A DNA stretch of 60,851 bases, the filler included. It is 6 parts of 6 records of this genome, joined end to end, with 100 filler letters (N's around TTAATTAATTAA, not from the genome) between each part and the next. Parts side by side here need not be neighbours in the genome. Positions count along the whole stretch, not along the records: positions 36,744 to 52,172 come from DRR723986_6337; 5 more parts are not named here. The stretch is one strand, 5' to 3'. Positions 40,952 through 50,759 of the stretch are shown piece by piece. Each line of letters begins with the position of its first letter. Within the stretch, counting starts at the first letter, position 1. Below the pieces are notes generated by a model, which saw only the letters and a program-made list of their open reading frames with translations, did no database searches and had not been told where the DNA came from. The position numbers were made by a program, and so were the translations under genes.

Positions 40952-42180
40952 CGCTGCAATCCCGGTCGTTTTTCCGCAGGCAGGTCGGGGCCAGCCCGGA
41001 AGAGGCGCGCAAGACGGGCCGCTTCTGTCGTGGCCGTGAAGTGAGCCTCGACCTTGGCGCGCCCGGCCTCTCCCATGCGCTGGCGCAGCGCGCTGTCCCC
41101 GGCCACCCGAAGGATCGCGTCCCGCAGGGCCGCCCCGTCCCCCGGAGCGACGAGGCATCCCGTTACCCCGTCTTCCACAAGTTCCGACACCCCGCCAACT
41201 GCCGTTGCGATTGTGGGCATAGAGGCAGCCATAGCCTCCATCAGAACCACCGGGACACCTTCTGCGAAACTGGGCAGAACCAGACCATCATGGAAGGCCA
41301 GCAGTTCAGCCACTTCGGATTGAGACTTGTAGCCCAAAAACTTCACCGCCCCGCGCAGCCCGCGCGCCTGCATGTCGGCCTCCAACGCCGCGCGATCGGG
41401 GCCGTCTCCGACAAGGGTCAGGGTCAGATCGGGTCGGGTCTGGCGCGCCTCGGCCAAGGCGTCCAGCAGCACCGGCACGCCCTTGACCGCCGCCAACCGG
41501 CCCACGAACAGCAACCGCGTGCCGTCGCGATCACCGGCTGTGTAGCGGTCAGGTTCTACCCCGCAATGGATGATCTTCAGTTTGCCCCAATGGGGCTGAG
41601 CCGAAAAGAACATCGCCTGAGACCGGCAGAACTCGCTGATGCAGGCGACGAAACGCGCGCGGGCGATCTTTTCATCCAGCCGCCAGTGATCGGGGGCAAA
41701 GAAGATATCCGGCCCATGCAGGGTGAAGCTATAGGGAATCCCCGAAAGCTCTGAGGCCAGCATCGCGACGGTACAGCTCGACTTGGCGATATGGTTGTGC
41801 AGGTGCTGAACGCCGTTCTTGCGCAGGTGATGGGCCAGCACGAGCGCTTCGGTGAAATAGATCAGGTTGTAAAGTCGGCCCTTGATCCCCTTGGGCGCGG
41901 TTCGCCACGCCAGCGCAAGCGCGCGGAAATAGCGACCAAGCCGGGGCAACATCGCCAGTTCGGCCCGCGCCATTGTCAGCGGGTTCTTGACAGCGGGCAG
42001 CACATGGAAGGTGCGCGCGGCCTCCTGCCGTTGTTCTTCGCCCACCAGATGGTCGTCGCCGGTGCGGCGGATGGAACAGGTCAGCACCTCCAGGCCCTCA
42101 GCGCGCAGGCCCGCCACTTCGCGCTGTATGAACGTATCCGTGGCGCGGGGGTATTCGCCGGTCAGATAGGCGATTTTCAT
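40948..42180 (-). CDS. Family 4 (GT-B) glycosyltransferase
   Basis: TFIQREV, VGRLAAVKG, PSFAEGVPVVLMEAMA. Confidence 0.92.
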   Translation of the reverse strand: MKIAYLTGEYPRATDTFIQREVAGLRAEGLEVLTCSIRRTGDDHLVGEEQRQEAARTFHVLPAVKNPLTMARAELAMLPRLGRYFRALALAWRTAPKGIKGRLYNLIYFTEALVLAHHLRKNGVQHLHNHIAKSSCTVAMLASELSGIPYSFTLHGPDIFFAPDHWRLDEKIARARFVACISEFCRSQAMFFSAQPHWGKLKIIHCGVEPDRYTAGDRDGTRLLFVGRLAAVKGVPVLLDALAEARQTRPDLTLTLVGDGPDRAALEADMQARGLRGAVKFLGYKSQSEVAELLAFHDGLVLPSFAEGVPVVLMEAMAASMPTIATAVGGVSELVEDGVTGCLVAPGDGAALRDAILRVAGDSALRQRMGEAGRAKVEAHFTATTEAARLARLFRAGPDLPAEKRPGLQR

Positions 42181-43124
42181 GCGGTTGCCCCCTCGATCAG
42201 ATTGGCGGCCATCAGCGCCTCGAACTCATGCTGCGGGGCAAGGCCAAGCGCCGCGACTGCGCGCTGTCCGTCCCAGCCCAAAGGCATCATTCGGGCGCGC
42301 AGAACCGGGCGGCGCAGCAGGCCGGGGCGGTTCGGATTGTCGCCCGCGAGGCGATCCAGCAGACGCCAGTGAACGGGCAGGATCACACGGGGCCAGCCCG
42401 ATACCGACAAGGCATTCAGGAACCGCACCCGGTCGGGCAGATCGTCATCCAGCACATTGACGGTGCAGGGCGGGGCTGTCACGGCGGATATCAGCGCCTC
42501 GCCCGCACGGTCAATTTCGCACAGGGGCACTTGCCCGTCACGGCCGATCCGGACCAGAACCGCGCCCTTGGCCGGGCCGAAATGCGCGGACCACAGCCGC
42601 CCCGGTCCCCAGATCGCCCCGAGCCTGAGGATGCTCAGGTCGATCCCGGCCTGCGCGGCCTCGGCTTGCATGACCTCTTCCTGGGCCATTTTGGCGCGCG
42701 TGTAGGCGTCTCTCAGGTCCGGGCGTGGCTCCAGCGGGCTGTCTTCGGTGATGACGCCGCCCGGTTCCCCCGCGCCATAAACCGAGACCGATCCCGCCAG
42801 CACAACGCGCGACACCCCGGCCATTGCGGCCGCGCGCATGAGGGCGGCGCTATCGTCGATGACGTCCTTTCGGAACTCTTCTTCGGATCCGCTCATCCGG
42901 CCCGCGACATGGATCAACGCCGCAGAGCCTGTCATCAACCCCGGTATCTCAGGGCCATCGAGCGGACCTTCAACCGGAAAGACCTCCGGCACCTCCGGCC
43001 AGCCGCCCCGGTGCCCGTAGCGCGAATGAAGAACCACCTCGTATCCTGCGCGCATGGCGTAATCTGCGACGGCCCGGCCCACGTAGCTGCCGGTTCCGGT
43101 GATGAAGAGCCTCAGCGCGCCCAT
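42177..43124 (-). CDS. NAD-dependent epimerase/dehydratase
   Basis: TGTGSYVG, SVSVYG, YTRAK, LRLGAIWGPG. Confidence 0.85.
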   Translation of the reverse strand: MGALRLFITGTGSYVGRAVADYAMRAGYEVVLHSRYGHRGGWPEVPEVFPVEGPLDGPEIPGLMTGSAALIHVAGRMSGSEEEFRKDVIDDSAALMRAAAMAGVSRVVLAGSVSVYGAGEPGGVITEDSPLEPRPDLRDAYTRAKMAQEEVMQAEAAQAGIDLSILRLGAIWGPGRLWSAHFGPAKGAVLVRIGRDGQVPLCEIDRAGEALISAVTAPPCTVNVLDDDLPDRVRFLNALSVSGWPRVILPVHWRLLDRLAGDNPNRPGLLRRPVLRARMMPLGWDGQRAVAALGLAPQHEFEALMAANLIEGATA

Positions 43125-44260
43125 GGCATCGGCTCCATCTTCTCGCAGCGTGTGGACATGAGATGGACGCCCTCAACCTGACAGGCCAGTGTCACTTCCG
43201 TCAGGTGCAGCGCATAGTCCCCCGCAATGCGGGATGGGCGACCCTCGGCAATCGCGTCCAGCATCTCGACCGGACCAAGGGCAAAGTTCATCGCCGCCGC
43301 GCCTTCTCGTGTCACTTGCGGATGGGTTTTGCCCCGCAAACGCAGGCGTTTGGTCACCGGGCTTTCCATCAATCTCCGCCGAATGCGCAGCCGTTTGCGG
43401 AACCGAACCGGTGCGCCATTGTCCCAGGCCTTGTTCAACTCCAGCACGCCAGCATCCCCGACAACGCGCAGGCGGTGGTCATGGGGGGCGGTGATGGAAC
43501 AGGTCAACCGGGCCACGGGGCCGCCTGCGAAATGCAGGGTCGCGACCGAGAAATCAGGGGCGCAGCCATCTACGCCGCGCTTGTCAGGGAGGATTTCGGC
43601 GGTGGCGGTCACAACCTTGATGACAGCCCCGAAACAGGCAATCAGCCAACTGAGGTAATAGCCCGCATGTTCCAGGGTACAGCCGGTGCGGAATTCGTCG
43701 GCATAGGGCCACGGCGCGCCGGATGCGCTGACCCACCCCTCGACCGGGGCTTGCGGGATAAATCCGTCGTCAAGCTCTGCGTAGATCAGCCGGGGCGTGC
43801 CCGCGACCCCGTCGCGCAGCGCTTTCGCCAGCGTCTGTGCCGCTTCGCCCAGAACCGATGACGGCGCGCTGCCCAATTGCAGGCCCTTGGCATGGGCCAG
43901 TTCATGCAGAGCGCGCGCGTCGTCCATCGCCAGCACCATGGGCTTTTCGCTAAAGACGTGGTGCCCGGCGCTTAGGCAGGCGCGGGTGATATCCGCATGC
44001 GAGGACGGATTGGTAAGGTTCAGGATCAGGTCCGGCGCGGTCGCGAAAGCTGCGTCCAGGCTGTCACAGGCGGGCAGGGACCAATGCGCACAGAACGCCG
44101 TCAGCCGCGCCGGATCACGGTCATGCACGGCCACGATCTGCACGTCAGGATGTTTGGCGAAGGACCGCATATAGAGATCGGCCACAAAGCCACACCCGAT
44201 CAGCGCCACGCGATGCGTGCCCTGCGGCGTGGTGCCGTTGGCCGGTCTGGTCTGGGTCAT
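43112..44260 (-). CDS. Gfo/Idh/MocA family oxidoreductase
   Basis: IGCGFVAD, NLTNPSSH, SEKPM, EHAGY. Confidence 0.88.
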   Translation of the reverse strand: MTQTRPANGTTPQGTHRVALIGCGFVADLYMRSFAKHPDVQIVAVHDRDPARLTAFCAHWSLPACDSLDAAFATAPDLILNLTNPSSHADITRACLSAGHHVFSEKPMVLAMDDARALHELAHAKGLQLGSAPSSVLGEAAQTLAKALRDGVAGTPRLIYAELDDGFIPQAPVEGWVSASGAPWPYADEFRTGCTLEHAGYYLSWLIACFGAVIKVVTATAEILPDKRGVDGCAPDFSVATLHFAGGPVARLTCSITAPHDHRLRVVGDAGVLELNKAWDNGAPVRFRKRLRIRRRLMESPVTKRLRLRGKTHPQVTREGAAAMNFALGPVEMLDAIAEGRPSRIAGDYALHLTEVTLACQVEGVHLMSTRCEKMEPMPWAR

Positions 44261-44386
44261 GTGCCTGCTCTTTTTCTTGTCTTGGCGTCAGTATGACCGC
44301 AAAAGCATGGCAACAGTTTGTCCTGCGGGGTGCTCTTTTGTGCAAGGGTGCTTTCGGGCAAAGGGGTGCAAAGGCAGAGGGCAGCG

Positions 44387-45133
44387 ATGAAATTCCGGGC
44401 AGGTGATCATGAGGTGCGCGTCACGATTGACGGTTGGCCTGCGCTGGACCGCGCCCTGAGGGATCGGTTTGCCGCGGGGCAGGGCTTTGCGCTGGCGACG
44501 CTGAACCTTGACCACTTGACCAAGCTTCGCGAACCAGGACCGTTCCGTGCCGCCTATGACGCGCAGGATCTGGTGACCGCCGATGGCAATCCGATCGTCT
44601 GGTGTTCGCGGCTGGCGGGCCAGCCTGTGGATCTGCTGCCGGGGTCGGACATGATCCTTCCGATCTGCCGAATAGCCGCCGAGATGGATGTGCCGCTTGG
44701 GTTGGTCGGCAGCACGGATGACAGCCTTGCCGGCGCAGCCGCCGCGCTGGAGGAATTGGTGCCGGGGCTGCGTGTCGTGTCTCGGATCGCGCCGCCGATG
44801 GGGTTCGATCCCAGTGGCGCGGCCGCGGATGAGGTTCTGAAAGAGCTGGACCACGCCGGGGTTCGCCTGTGTTTTCTGGCACTTGGCGCCCCAAAGCAGG
44901 AGGTTTTGGCCGCCCGTGGCCGACAGATTGCACCCGAAATCGGGTTTGCCTCTATCGGGGCGGGGCTCGATTTTCTGTCAGGGCAGCAGACCCGCGCGCC
45001 TGCATGGGTGCGGCGGTTGGCGCTGGAATGGCTGTGGCGATTGCTCGGCAGTCCGCGCCGGATGGCGGCGCGCTATGGTATGGCGTTTCGCGACCTGCCG
45101 GGGCATCTGTGGCGATCCTGGCGGATGCGTTAA
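44387..45133 (+). CDS. WecB/TagA/CpsF family glycosyltransferase
   Basis: TLNLDH, ADGNP, PGSD, LGAPKQE, IGAGLDF, RAP.W..LEWLWRL. Confidence 0.92.
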   Translation: MKFRAGDHEVRVTIDGWPALDRALRDRFAAGQGFALATLNLDHLTKLREPGPFRAAYDAQDLVTADGNPIVWCSRLAGQPVDLLPGSDMILPICRIAAEMDVPLGLVGSTDDSLAGAAAALEELVPGLRVVSRIAPPMGFDPSGAAADEVLKELDHAGVRLCFLALGAPKQEVLAARGRQIAPEIGFASIGAGLDFLSGQQTRAPAWVRRLALEWLWRLLGSPRRMAARYGMAFRDLPGHLWRSWRMR

Positions 45134-45891
45134 GGCAGCCGTCGCGCGGCAACGCGGGGTTTCATCAGCACCCGGTCAGCAATCCGGCGTTTCAGCGACC
45201 GTGGCGGCGGGATTTCCCGGTCCATTTCCCATGTGGTTCCGGTCAGGCTGGGATCGTGCCAAAGCGCCAGCTGTGCCCCCCATTTTGCGGCCTGTTCCGG
45301 GGCCAACCCGTCTGGAATGCCCATGCGCGTCGCCAACATGCCCGGCATCCAGTCATTGACCACGATTCCGGGGAAACGGTCGCCCAGGTCTGCAATCAGC
45401 GCGCGGGTAAAGATGCGTGCAGCACCCTTTGACACGGAATAGGCAGAGGACGCGGGCAGGGGCGCGATATCGGCAAAGGTGGCCACGTTCAGGATGCGGC
45501 CAAACCCGGTGGCCAGCATGCCATCCAATGCCGCGCGGGTACAGGCGACCGTGCCGCCGAGATTGGTGGCGACGACCTCCATGAAACTTTGGGCGGTTTC
45601 TTCGGTGAAGTCGCGGCGTGGGTAGTGTGCGGCGTTGTTGACAAGCACAGTGACAGGGCCATGTGATTCTGCAATATCAAAGGCTTGTGATACGGAGTTA
45701 AAGTCAGAAACATCAGCCTCGACGCCATGGAACCTGCCCGTCTGTGCCAGCTTTGCGGTGTCCTCAAGCGCGATCCTGTCCCGTCCGAGGCCGACCACGG
45801 TCATGCTCTGCGACAGGTCCACCGCCAGAGCCCGGCCAAGCCCGCCGCCTGCGCCGGTGACAACGGCAATGCCTTTGGTCAGATCACTCAT
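45130..45891 (-). CDS. Short-chain dehydrogenase/reductase
   Basis: TGAGGGLG, VNNAA, YSVSK. Confidence 0.9.
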   Translation of the reverse strand: MSDLTKGIAVVTGAGGGLGRALAVDLSQSMTVVGLGRDRIALEDTAKLAQTGRFHGVEADVSDFNSVSQAFDIAESHGPVTVLVNNAAHYPRRDFTEETAQSFMEVVATNLGGTVACTRAALDGMLATGFGRILNVATFADIAPLPASSAYSVSKGAARIFTRALIADLGDRFPGIVVNDWMPGMLATRMGIPDGLAPEQAAKWGAQLALWHDPSLTGTTWEMDREIPPPRSLKRRIADRVLMKPRVAARRLP

Positions 45892-47462
45892 CTGCTGTCC
45901 TTTATCCTGTCGGCTACACGCAGGGCGTTTGCAGCAATGGTCAAGCTTGGGTTCACCCCCATAGAGGTCGGAAAGACCGAGGCGTCAGTCACCCAAAGAT
46001 TGGGCACATCATGCACGCGGCAATCGGCGTTAACGACCGATTCACCAACATCAACTCCCATCCGTAACGTCCCGCAGGGATGGCCGAAATTCGGTTCGGG
46101 CTCATGGGTCAGAAAGGCGGTTCTCGTGCCTTTGAAGGATCTACGGATCAGTCGCCGAAACAGTTTGCGCCGCGTCAAAAGCTCATCCGACACTTTATAT
46201 TCAAGCTGAATCCGACCGGGGTTTTGCATGTCCAGAACCACCCGGTTTTCCGCATAGGGCAGATCCTCCAGCAACCCGACGAACACTTTGGCGGTGCCCA
46301 TCAGTTTCGCGCCGATTGCGGCTGGAATTCGGGTCAGGTCCATCGCGCCGGGAATGCGCCGCATCCAGCTGCGGGCGACCCGACCGCGAAGATGATGCAC
46401 AATCTCGCCATAGCCCACGTCGATACCCATGGCCTGCACCATGCCAAGCCGTTGATTTTCCGTGAAATACAGATCCCGGAAGCCCACGGATTTCGATGGT
46501 CCCGCAATGCCTGCCGCCTTGCCGGGCCAAAGCGCGAAGATTTCATTGAGGTGGAACATCAGGTTCCGCCCGACCAGATCCGCACCGTTTCCGATGCCGT
46601 TCGGGTCTCGGTCTGATCGTGAGGCGAGCAACAGGCGCGGCGATGAAAGCGCGCCAGCGGCCAGCACCACATGGCGGGCTGAAAGGGTTTCCACCCGGCC
46701 ATTCCAGCACGCTTCAACGCAGACCGAACCATCATCGTTGCGCACCAACCGCGTCACATCGCAACTGCTCAAAAGCGTTGCATTTCCGGTCTCCAGTGCC
46801 GGTTCCAGCCCGGCGGAGCGCCCGTCCATCTTGCAGGCGCGGGGACATTTGTGACCCAGACAATCCTTGCAGCCTTCAAGACGTTTCACCGCTGTATGCA
46901 GCCGGTATGGATGCAGCCCGTTGCCACGCAAACGGTCCATGATCATCGCGTCGCCGGGGGCGGCCGGATGGGGCGTTGCGACGGCGGGACAGGGCACGCC
47001 AGACAGCGGATCGGGCTCTCCATGCAGGTGGAACATGGTTTGGGCCGCGTCGAACCATGGAAGCATGACATCGAAGCCGATGGGCCAGCCGCCGGTCGGG
47101 TGCGGACGGCCGGGCAGGTCGTCCAGATCATGGGGTTCGGGGCGTTCCAAAGTGGCCGCGTAGAACACCGACGATCCGCCGGGGCCAGACCCGAGAGGGG
47201 CGAAAATTTCCTGCGTTTGTCCGTTCACAGAGACCGAGATCGGATCGGGCCAGAACCCCCGGATCGCCCGCGCAACCGGGTCGGCCATGCCAAGATCGAG
47301 CGTTGTTTCCTCGGCCCGGAACCCGGCCCGGCCCTTTTCGAGGAACAGCACCTTCATGCCGGCCTCTGCCAGCGCCCGACCAGCCACGCCGCCGCCCACG
47401 CCCGTGCCGATCACGATCGCGTCCCAGTGGGTATCCCGGATATCGGACATCTGTGCCTGCAT
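45888..47462 (-). CDS. GMC family FAD oxidoreductase
   Basis: IGTGVGG, GGSS, CxxCxxxxCxxxCK, GRNLMFH, HPCGTLRMG, GVNPSLTIAANA. Confidence 0.9.
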   Translation of the reverse strand: MQAQMSDIRDTHWDAIVIGTGVGGGVAGRALAEAGMKVLFLEKGRAGFRAEETTLDLGMADPVARAIRGFWPDPISVSVNGQTQEIFAPLGSGPGGSSVFYAATLERPEPHDLDDLPGRPHPTGGWPIGFDVMLPWFDAAQTMFHLHGEPDPLSGVPCPAVATPHPAAPGDAMIMDRLRGNGLHPYRLHTAVKRLEGCKDCLGHKCPRACKMDGRSAGLEPALETGNATLLSSCDVTRLVRNDDGSVCVEACWNGRVETLSARHVVLAAGALSSPRLLLASRSDRDPNGIGNGADLVGRNLMFHLNEIFALWPGKAAGIAGPSKSVGFRDLYFTENQRLGMVQAMGIDVGYGEIVHHLRGRVARSWMRRIPGAMDLTRIPAAIGAKLMGTAKVFVGLLEDLPYAENRVVLDMQNPGRIQLEYKVSDELLTRRKLFRRLIRRSFKGTRTAFLTHEPEPNFGHPCGTLRMGVDVGESVVNADCRVHDVPNLWVTDASVFPTSMGVNPSLTIAANALRVADRIKDSR

Positions 47463-47533
47463 CGGTGCTTTTCGCCTTTTGCAGCCTGTCTAGTGGCAAA
47501 TTGGGGCCAGTTCGGGGCGAAACCCGTGGGAAA

Positions 47534-48460
47534 TCAGGATTTTGCCAAGGGATGTTTTTCCAGCACGAGGGCCTTCAGGCGTTCGTCCAGCACATGGGTA
47601 TAGATCTCGGTCGTGGCGATGTCGGCATGTCCCAAAAGCGTCTGGATCGCACGCAGGTCGGCCCCGTTCTGTAACAGATGCGTGGCGAAGGCATGGCGCA
47701 GGGTATGGGGCGTCACGGCGTCGGGGGAGACCCCGCCTGCAACCGCCAACTCTTTGATCAGAGTGAAAAACCTGATCCTTGTCAGGTGCCCGTCCTTGCC
47801 GCGCGAGGGGAACAGGAACCGCGATGCGGGGGTGCCTTTTTCGATGCGCGCCAGATCTTCCGCCTCATCGCGATGCGCCAGCCAGGAGGTCAGAGCCACG
47901 CGCGCCGGGGGCGACAGTGGAACCATCCGTTCCTTGCCACCCTTGCCCCGGATCAACAGCAATTGCGGATTGCCTCGCGCGGCGGACACGGGCAGGCCGA
48001 CCAGTTCGCTGACCCGCATTCCGGTCGCGTACAGGAGCTGCATCAGGCAGGTGTTGCGCAGCCGGTCTCCGGCGCTGCGGCCATGGGTTTCGGCGGCGAC
48101 CAGCAGGCGGTCCACTTCCGTCATCGTCAGGGTCTTGGGCAACGCCTTGTCCCGGCCTGGCCCCTTGATCTGAAGCGCCGGGTTGTCGGTTCGCAGCCCG
48201 TCCTCATAGGCAAAGCGGTAAAGCTGCTTGATCGACGACAGCCGCCTTGCACGGGTGGATCGGGCCAGACCTTCGGCGTCCAGAGAGATCAGGTAGGCTT
48301 CGATATCGGCCTGTGTGGCGGTGTCAAACCCATGTCCACGCGCGGATAGCCAGTCTCTGGCATCGCGCAGGTCACGGCCATAGGCCAGAAGGGTGTTTTC
48401 GGCGGCGTTCAGTTCGGCGGCCTGTGCCTCCAGAAACGGCGATATCCAGTCGGCGGTCAT
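47534..48460 (-). CDS. xerD: Site-specific tyrosine recombinase XerD
   Basis: LYATGMRVSEL, GKGGKER, PHTLRHAFATHLL, LGHADIATTEIY; next to aroK-aroB as usual in alphaproteobacteria. Confidence 0.88.
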   Translation of the reverse strand: MTADWISPFLEAQAAELNAAENTLLAYGRDLRDARDWLSARGHGFDTATQADIEAYLISLDAEGLARSTRARRLSSIKQLYRFAYEDGLRTDNPALQIKGPGRDKALPKTLTMTEVDRLLVAAETHGRSAGDRLRNTCLMQLLYATGMRVSELVGLPVSAARGNPQLLLIRGKGGKERMVPLSPPARVALTSWLAHRDEAEDLARIEKGTPASRFLFPSRGKDGHLTRIRFFTLIKELAVAGGVSPDAVTPHTLRHAFATHLLQNGADLRAIQTLLGHADIATTEIYTHVLDERLKALVLEKHPLAKS

Positions 48461-49962
48461 CCCCGCCGTTCCAGAATCATCAACTCCAGCGCGGTGCGGC
48501 GGGCCACGGTTTCCAACCCGAGCGCCCGGAACAGCGACAGGGCGTCCTGTATGTCATCGAGATCTCCGGTTCCGTCCCCCAGAACCAGCGAAGCGCGCAG
48601 CAGCGCCTCACCGATCCGGTCTTCCGCGACCATGCGGGCATAGCGGTCGGGCATGGAGGTGCCAGAGAAGACATCGGCAATCACGCGGGGCAGGGCACCG
48701 GCGGGAGCGGGCGGAGCGGATTGCCCGCGTGCCACCGCAAAGAGAAACCGTTCCCCGGGCGATTGCGGCACCGCCAGTTGCGCGACGGTTTCGTATTCGC
48801 CCGACAAAAGAGCCACTCGACGCGCCAGCATGGCGCTGTCCCCGGTCAGGGGCAGGCGCAGCAATCTTTGGGCGTAGAGCTCTGCAAAGGGCACTTCAAG
48901 ATGTGCTTCCTGCATCGCGGCCCAGGCAAGGGGCAGGGTTTCGGACACCGTTTGCGGATCCTGGGCCAGCAGGGCCACGTCGAATTCCTGAAGCGCATCG
49001 ATTCGGTCCCAGACCCCGCCAGAGGCGGAAGGCACGCGGCTGGTGGCAATCAGCTGCCACTGGTCGGGGGTGATCGCGCCTGCCCTTGCCAGGCGTTCGG
49101 CGGCGTCCAGTTGCGCCCGCCAGCCTGCCACATCGGCCATATCCGCATGCGCGAAGGGAAGCGGCAATTGACCGGCCCCGGGCCGTTCGCCGATGGCCAC
49201 CCGCATCACGTAATGCAAGGGCGAGGGTGTCAGATCCAGCGGCAGCGGCGGCTCCCCCTCGAACAGCTCGGGGTCGAGGAACCGGGCGATCAGCTCGCCC
49301 TCTGCCGCGTCGATGAAGCCGAGCGCTTCGCCAGTGCCAAGGGTCAGGGCAGCCGCCGACCAGTCGCCGTTGCGGGCCAGGCAGAATATTCGGGCAGGGA
49401 AGGAGGGCGCGATATCGGGATTGGCGCGCATCGTGGCGCAGGCGCGGTCAGGCTGATCGGTCAGGAGCGTGACGTCGAACCAGCGGCGAAAGACCCTTGG
49501 CGCGCTTGGGCCTGCGCGTTCCATCATTGCGCGGGCCGCGTCGATTGCGCCACGCGACAGCAGCATGTCGATCCGCGCAAGAAACAACTCAGACTCGGCT
49601 GAGCTGTCGGTTGGCGGGTTCAGCTCTGCCAAGGCCAGCATGGTGGTAAAGCGCTGAATCGAGGGCAGCGCCAGATCGGTTTGTGCACGGAAGAGGTTGG
49701 ACAGGGTCACGGAATCCGACCCGGCCCAGAGATCGGCCGGCAACCCGGTTTGATTCGGTGACAACAGGCCAACCGCATCCAGATTGACTGCGCCTATCGG
49801 CATGACGGTGATCTCGGCGGGCGTGGCCGAGGTGGCGATATTGCCATGTGGATTGAGAAGGGTTTCCGACAGCCATTCGGGCGGGGCGGCCTGTTCAACC
49901 GCGTCCTGTGCAGCGACTGGACCAGCCAGCGCAGTAAATATCAGCGCCGCCCTAGTCCACAT
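48457..49962 (-). CDS. Hypothetical exported alpha-helical protein
   Basis: Signal peptide (VAA-QD); GLL...GLP.DLW.GS motif; coupled to xerD. Confidence 0.75.
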   Translation of the reverse strand: MWTRAALIFTALAGPVAAQDAVEQAAPPEWLSETLLNPHGNIATSATPAEITVMPIGAVNLDAVGLLSPNQTGLPADLWAGSDSVTLSNLFRAQTDLALPSIQRFTTMLALAELNPPTDSSAESELFLARIDMLLSRGAIDAARAMMERAGPSAPRVFRRWFDVTLLTDQPDRACATMRANPDIAPSFPARIFCLARNGDWSAAALTLGTGEALGFIDAAEGELIARFLDPELFEGEPPLPLDLTPSPLHYVMRVAIGERPGAGQLPLPFAHADMADVAGWRAQLDAAERLARAGAITPDQWQLIATSRVPSASGGVWDRIDALQEFDVALLAQDPQTVSETLPLAWAAMQEAHLEVPFAELYAQRLLRLPLTGDSAMLARRVALLSGEYETVAQLAVPQSPGERFLFAVARGQSAPPAPAGALPRVIADVFSGTSMPDRYARMVAEDRIGEALLRASLVLGDGTGDLDDIQDALSLFRALGLETVARRTALELMILERRG

Positions 49963-50089
49963 TCAGGTCAACCGGCCGGGTAATTTCGCGCGTCTGCGGC
50001 TGCATCAGGCCGGAATAGGCATAGCCCACAAGCCCGATCACCCCAATCAATGCGAGTATGAAGATCAACTTGAAGATGCGCCCAATCAT
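49952..50089 (-). CDS. 45-aa single-TM small protein (not in the ORF track)
   Basis: MIGRIFKLIFILALIGVIGLVGYAYSGLMQPQTREITRPVDLNVD; GGGGA RBS; overlaps the next start. Confidence 0.7.
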   Translation of the reverse strand: MIGRIFKLIFILALIGVIGLVGYAYSGLMQPQTREITRPVDLNVD

Positions 50090-50189
50090 GAGTCCCCAGC
50101 CTGCCGACGTTTTCGGCGTTTGCCGCCGCTATCAATTCATTATAAGCCACTTGGGACCGAATTTCGCCAGTAGGGGGACGATTTTTTTG

Positions 50190-50759
50190 ATGATGGGCGA
50201 AACCACGCCAGATCGCCGGGCTCATCTGGCACGCACTGTGGTGCTGGTGGGCATGATGGGGGCCGGAAAGACGGCCATCGGCAAGGCATTGTCGGCCCGT
50301 TTGGCCGTGCCCTTCGAAGATTCGGACGCCGAGATCGAGGCCGCGTCGAAGCTGTCGATTGCCGAGATATTCGACCGTTATGGCGAGCCGTTCTTTCGCG
50401 ACAAGGAAAGCCAGGTCATCGCGCGGCTGCTGGAGGGACCGCCCTGCGTGCTGTCCACCGGGGGCGGTGCCTGGCTGTCGCCGGAAAATCGGGCCTATAT
50501 GGCGGACCGGGCTGCGGTGGTCTGGCTGAAGGCCGATCTGGATTTGCTATGGACGCGCGTCAAACACAAAAGCACAAGGCCCTTGCTGCGCACCGCGAAC
50601 CCGCGCGCCACTCTTGCCGAATTGCTGGCAACGCGCACGCCCGCCTATGCGCAGGCCGAGTTCACGGTTGAAACCCGGCCGGATTGGTCGATCGAGCAGA
50701 CCACGGCTTCGGTCTTGGACAGGTTGATTCAGGCAGGCATCGTGGAGATCCGGGAATGA
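50190..50759 (+). CDS. aroK: Shikimate kinase
   Basis: GMMGAGKT, DSD.EIE, GEPFFR, STGGG, RPLL. Confidence 0.95.
   Translation: MMGETTPDRRAHLARTVVLVGMMGAGKTAIGKALSARLAVPFEDSDAEIEAASKLSIAEIFDRYGEPFFRDKESQVIARLLEGPPCVLSTGGGAWLSPENRAYMADRAAVVWLKADLDLLWTRVKHKSTRPLLRTANPRATLAELLATRTPAYAQAEFTVETRPDWSIEQTTASVLDRLIQAGIVEIRE

Noticed and set aside
47534..48460. Tyrosine recombinase as a sign of a prophage or integrative element
   Set aside because: Motifs and the position next to aroK-aroB fit housekeeping XerD; no att sites or phage genes
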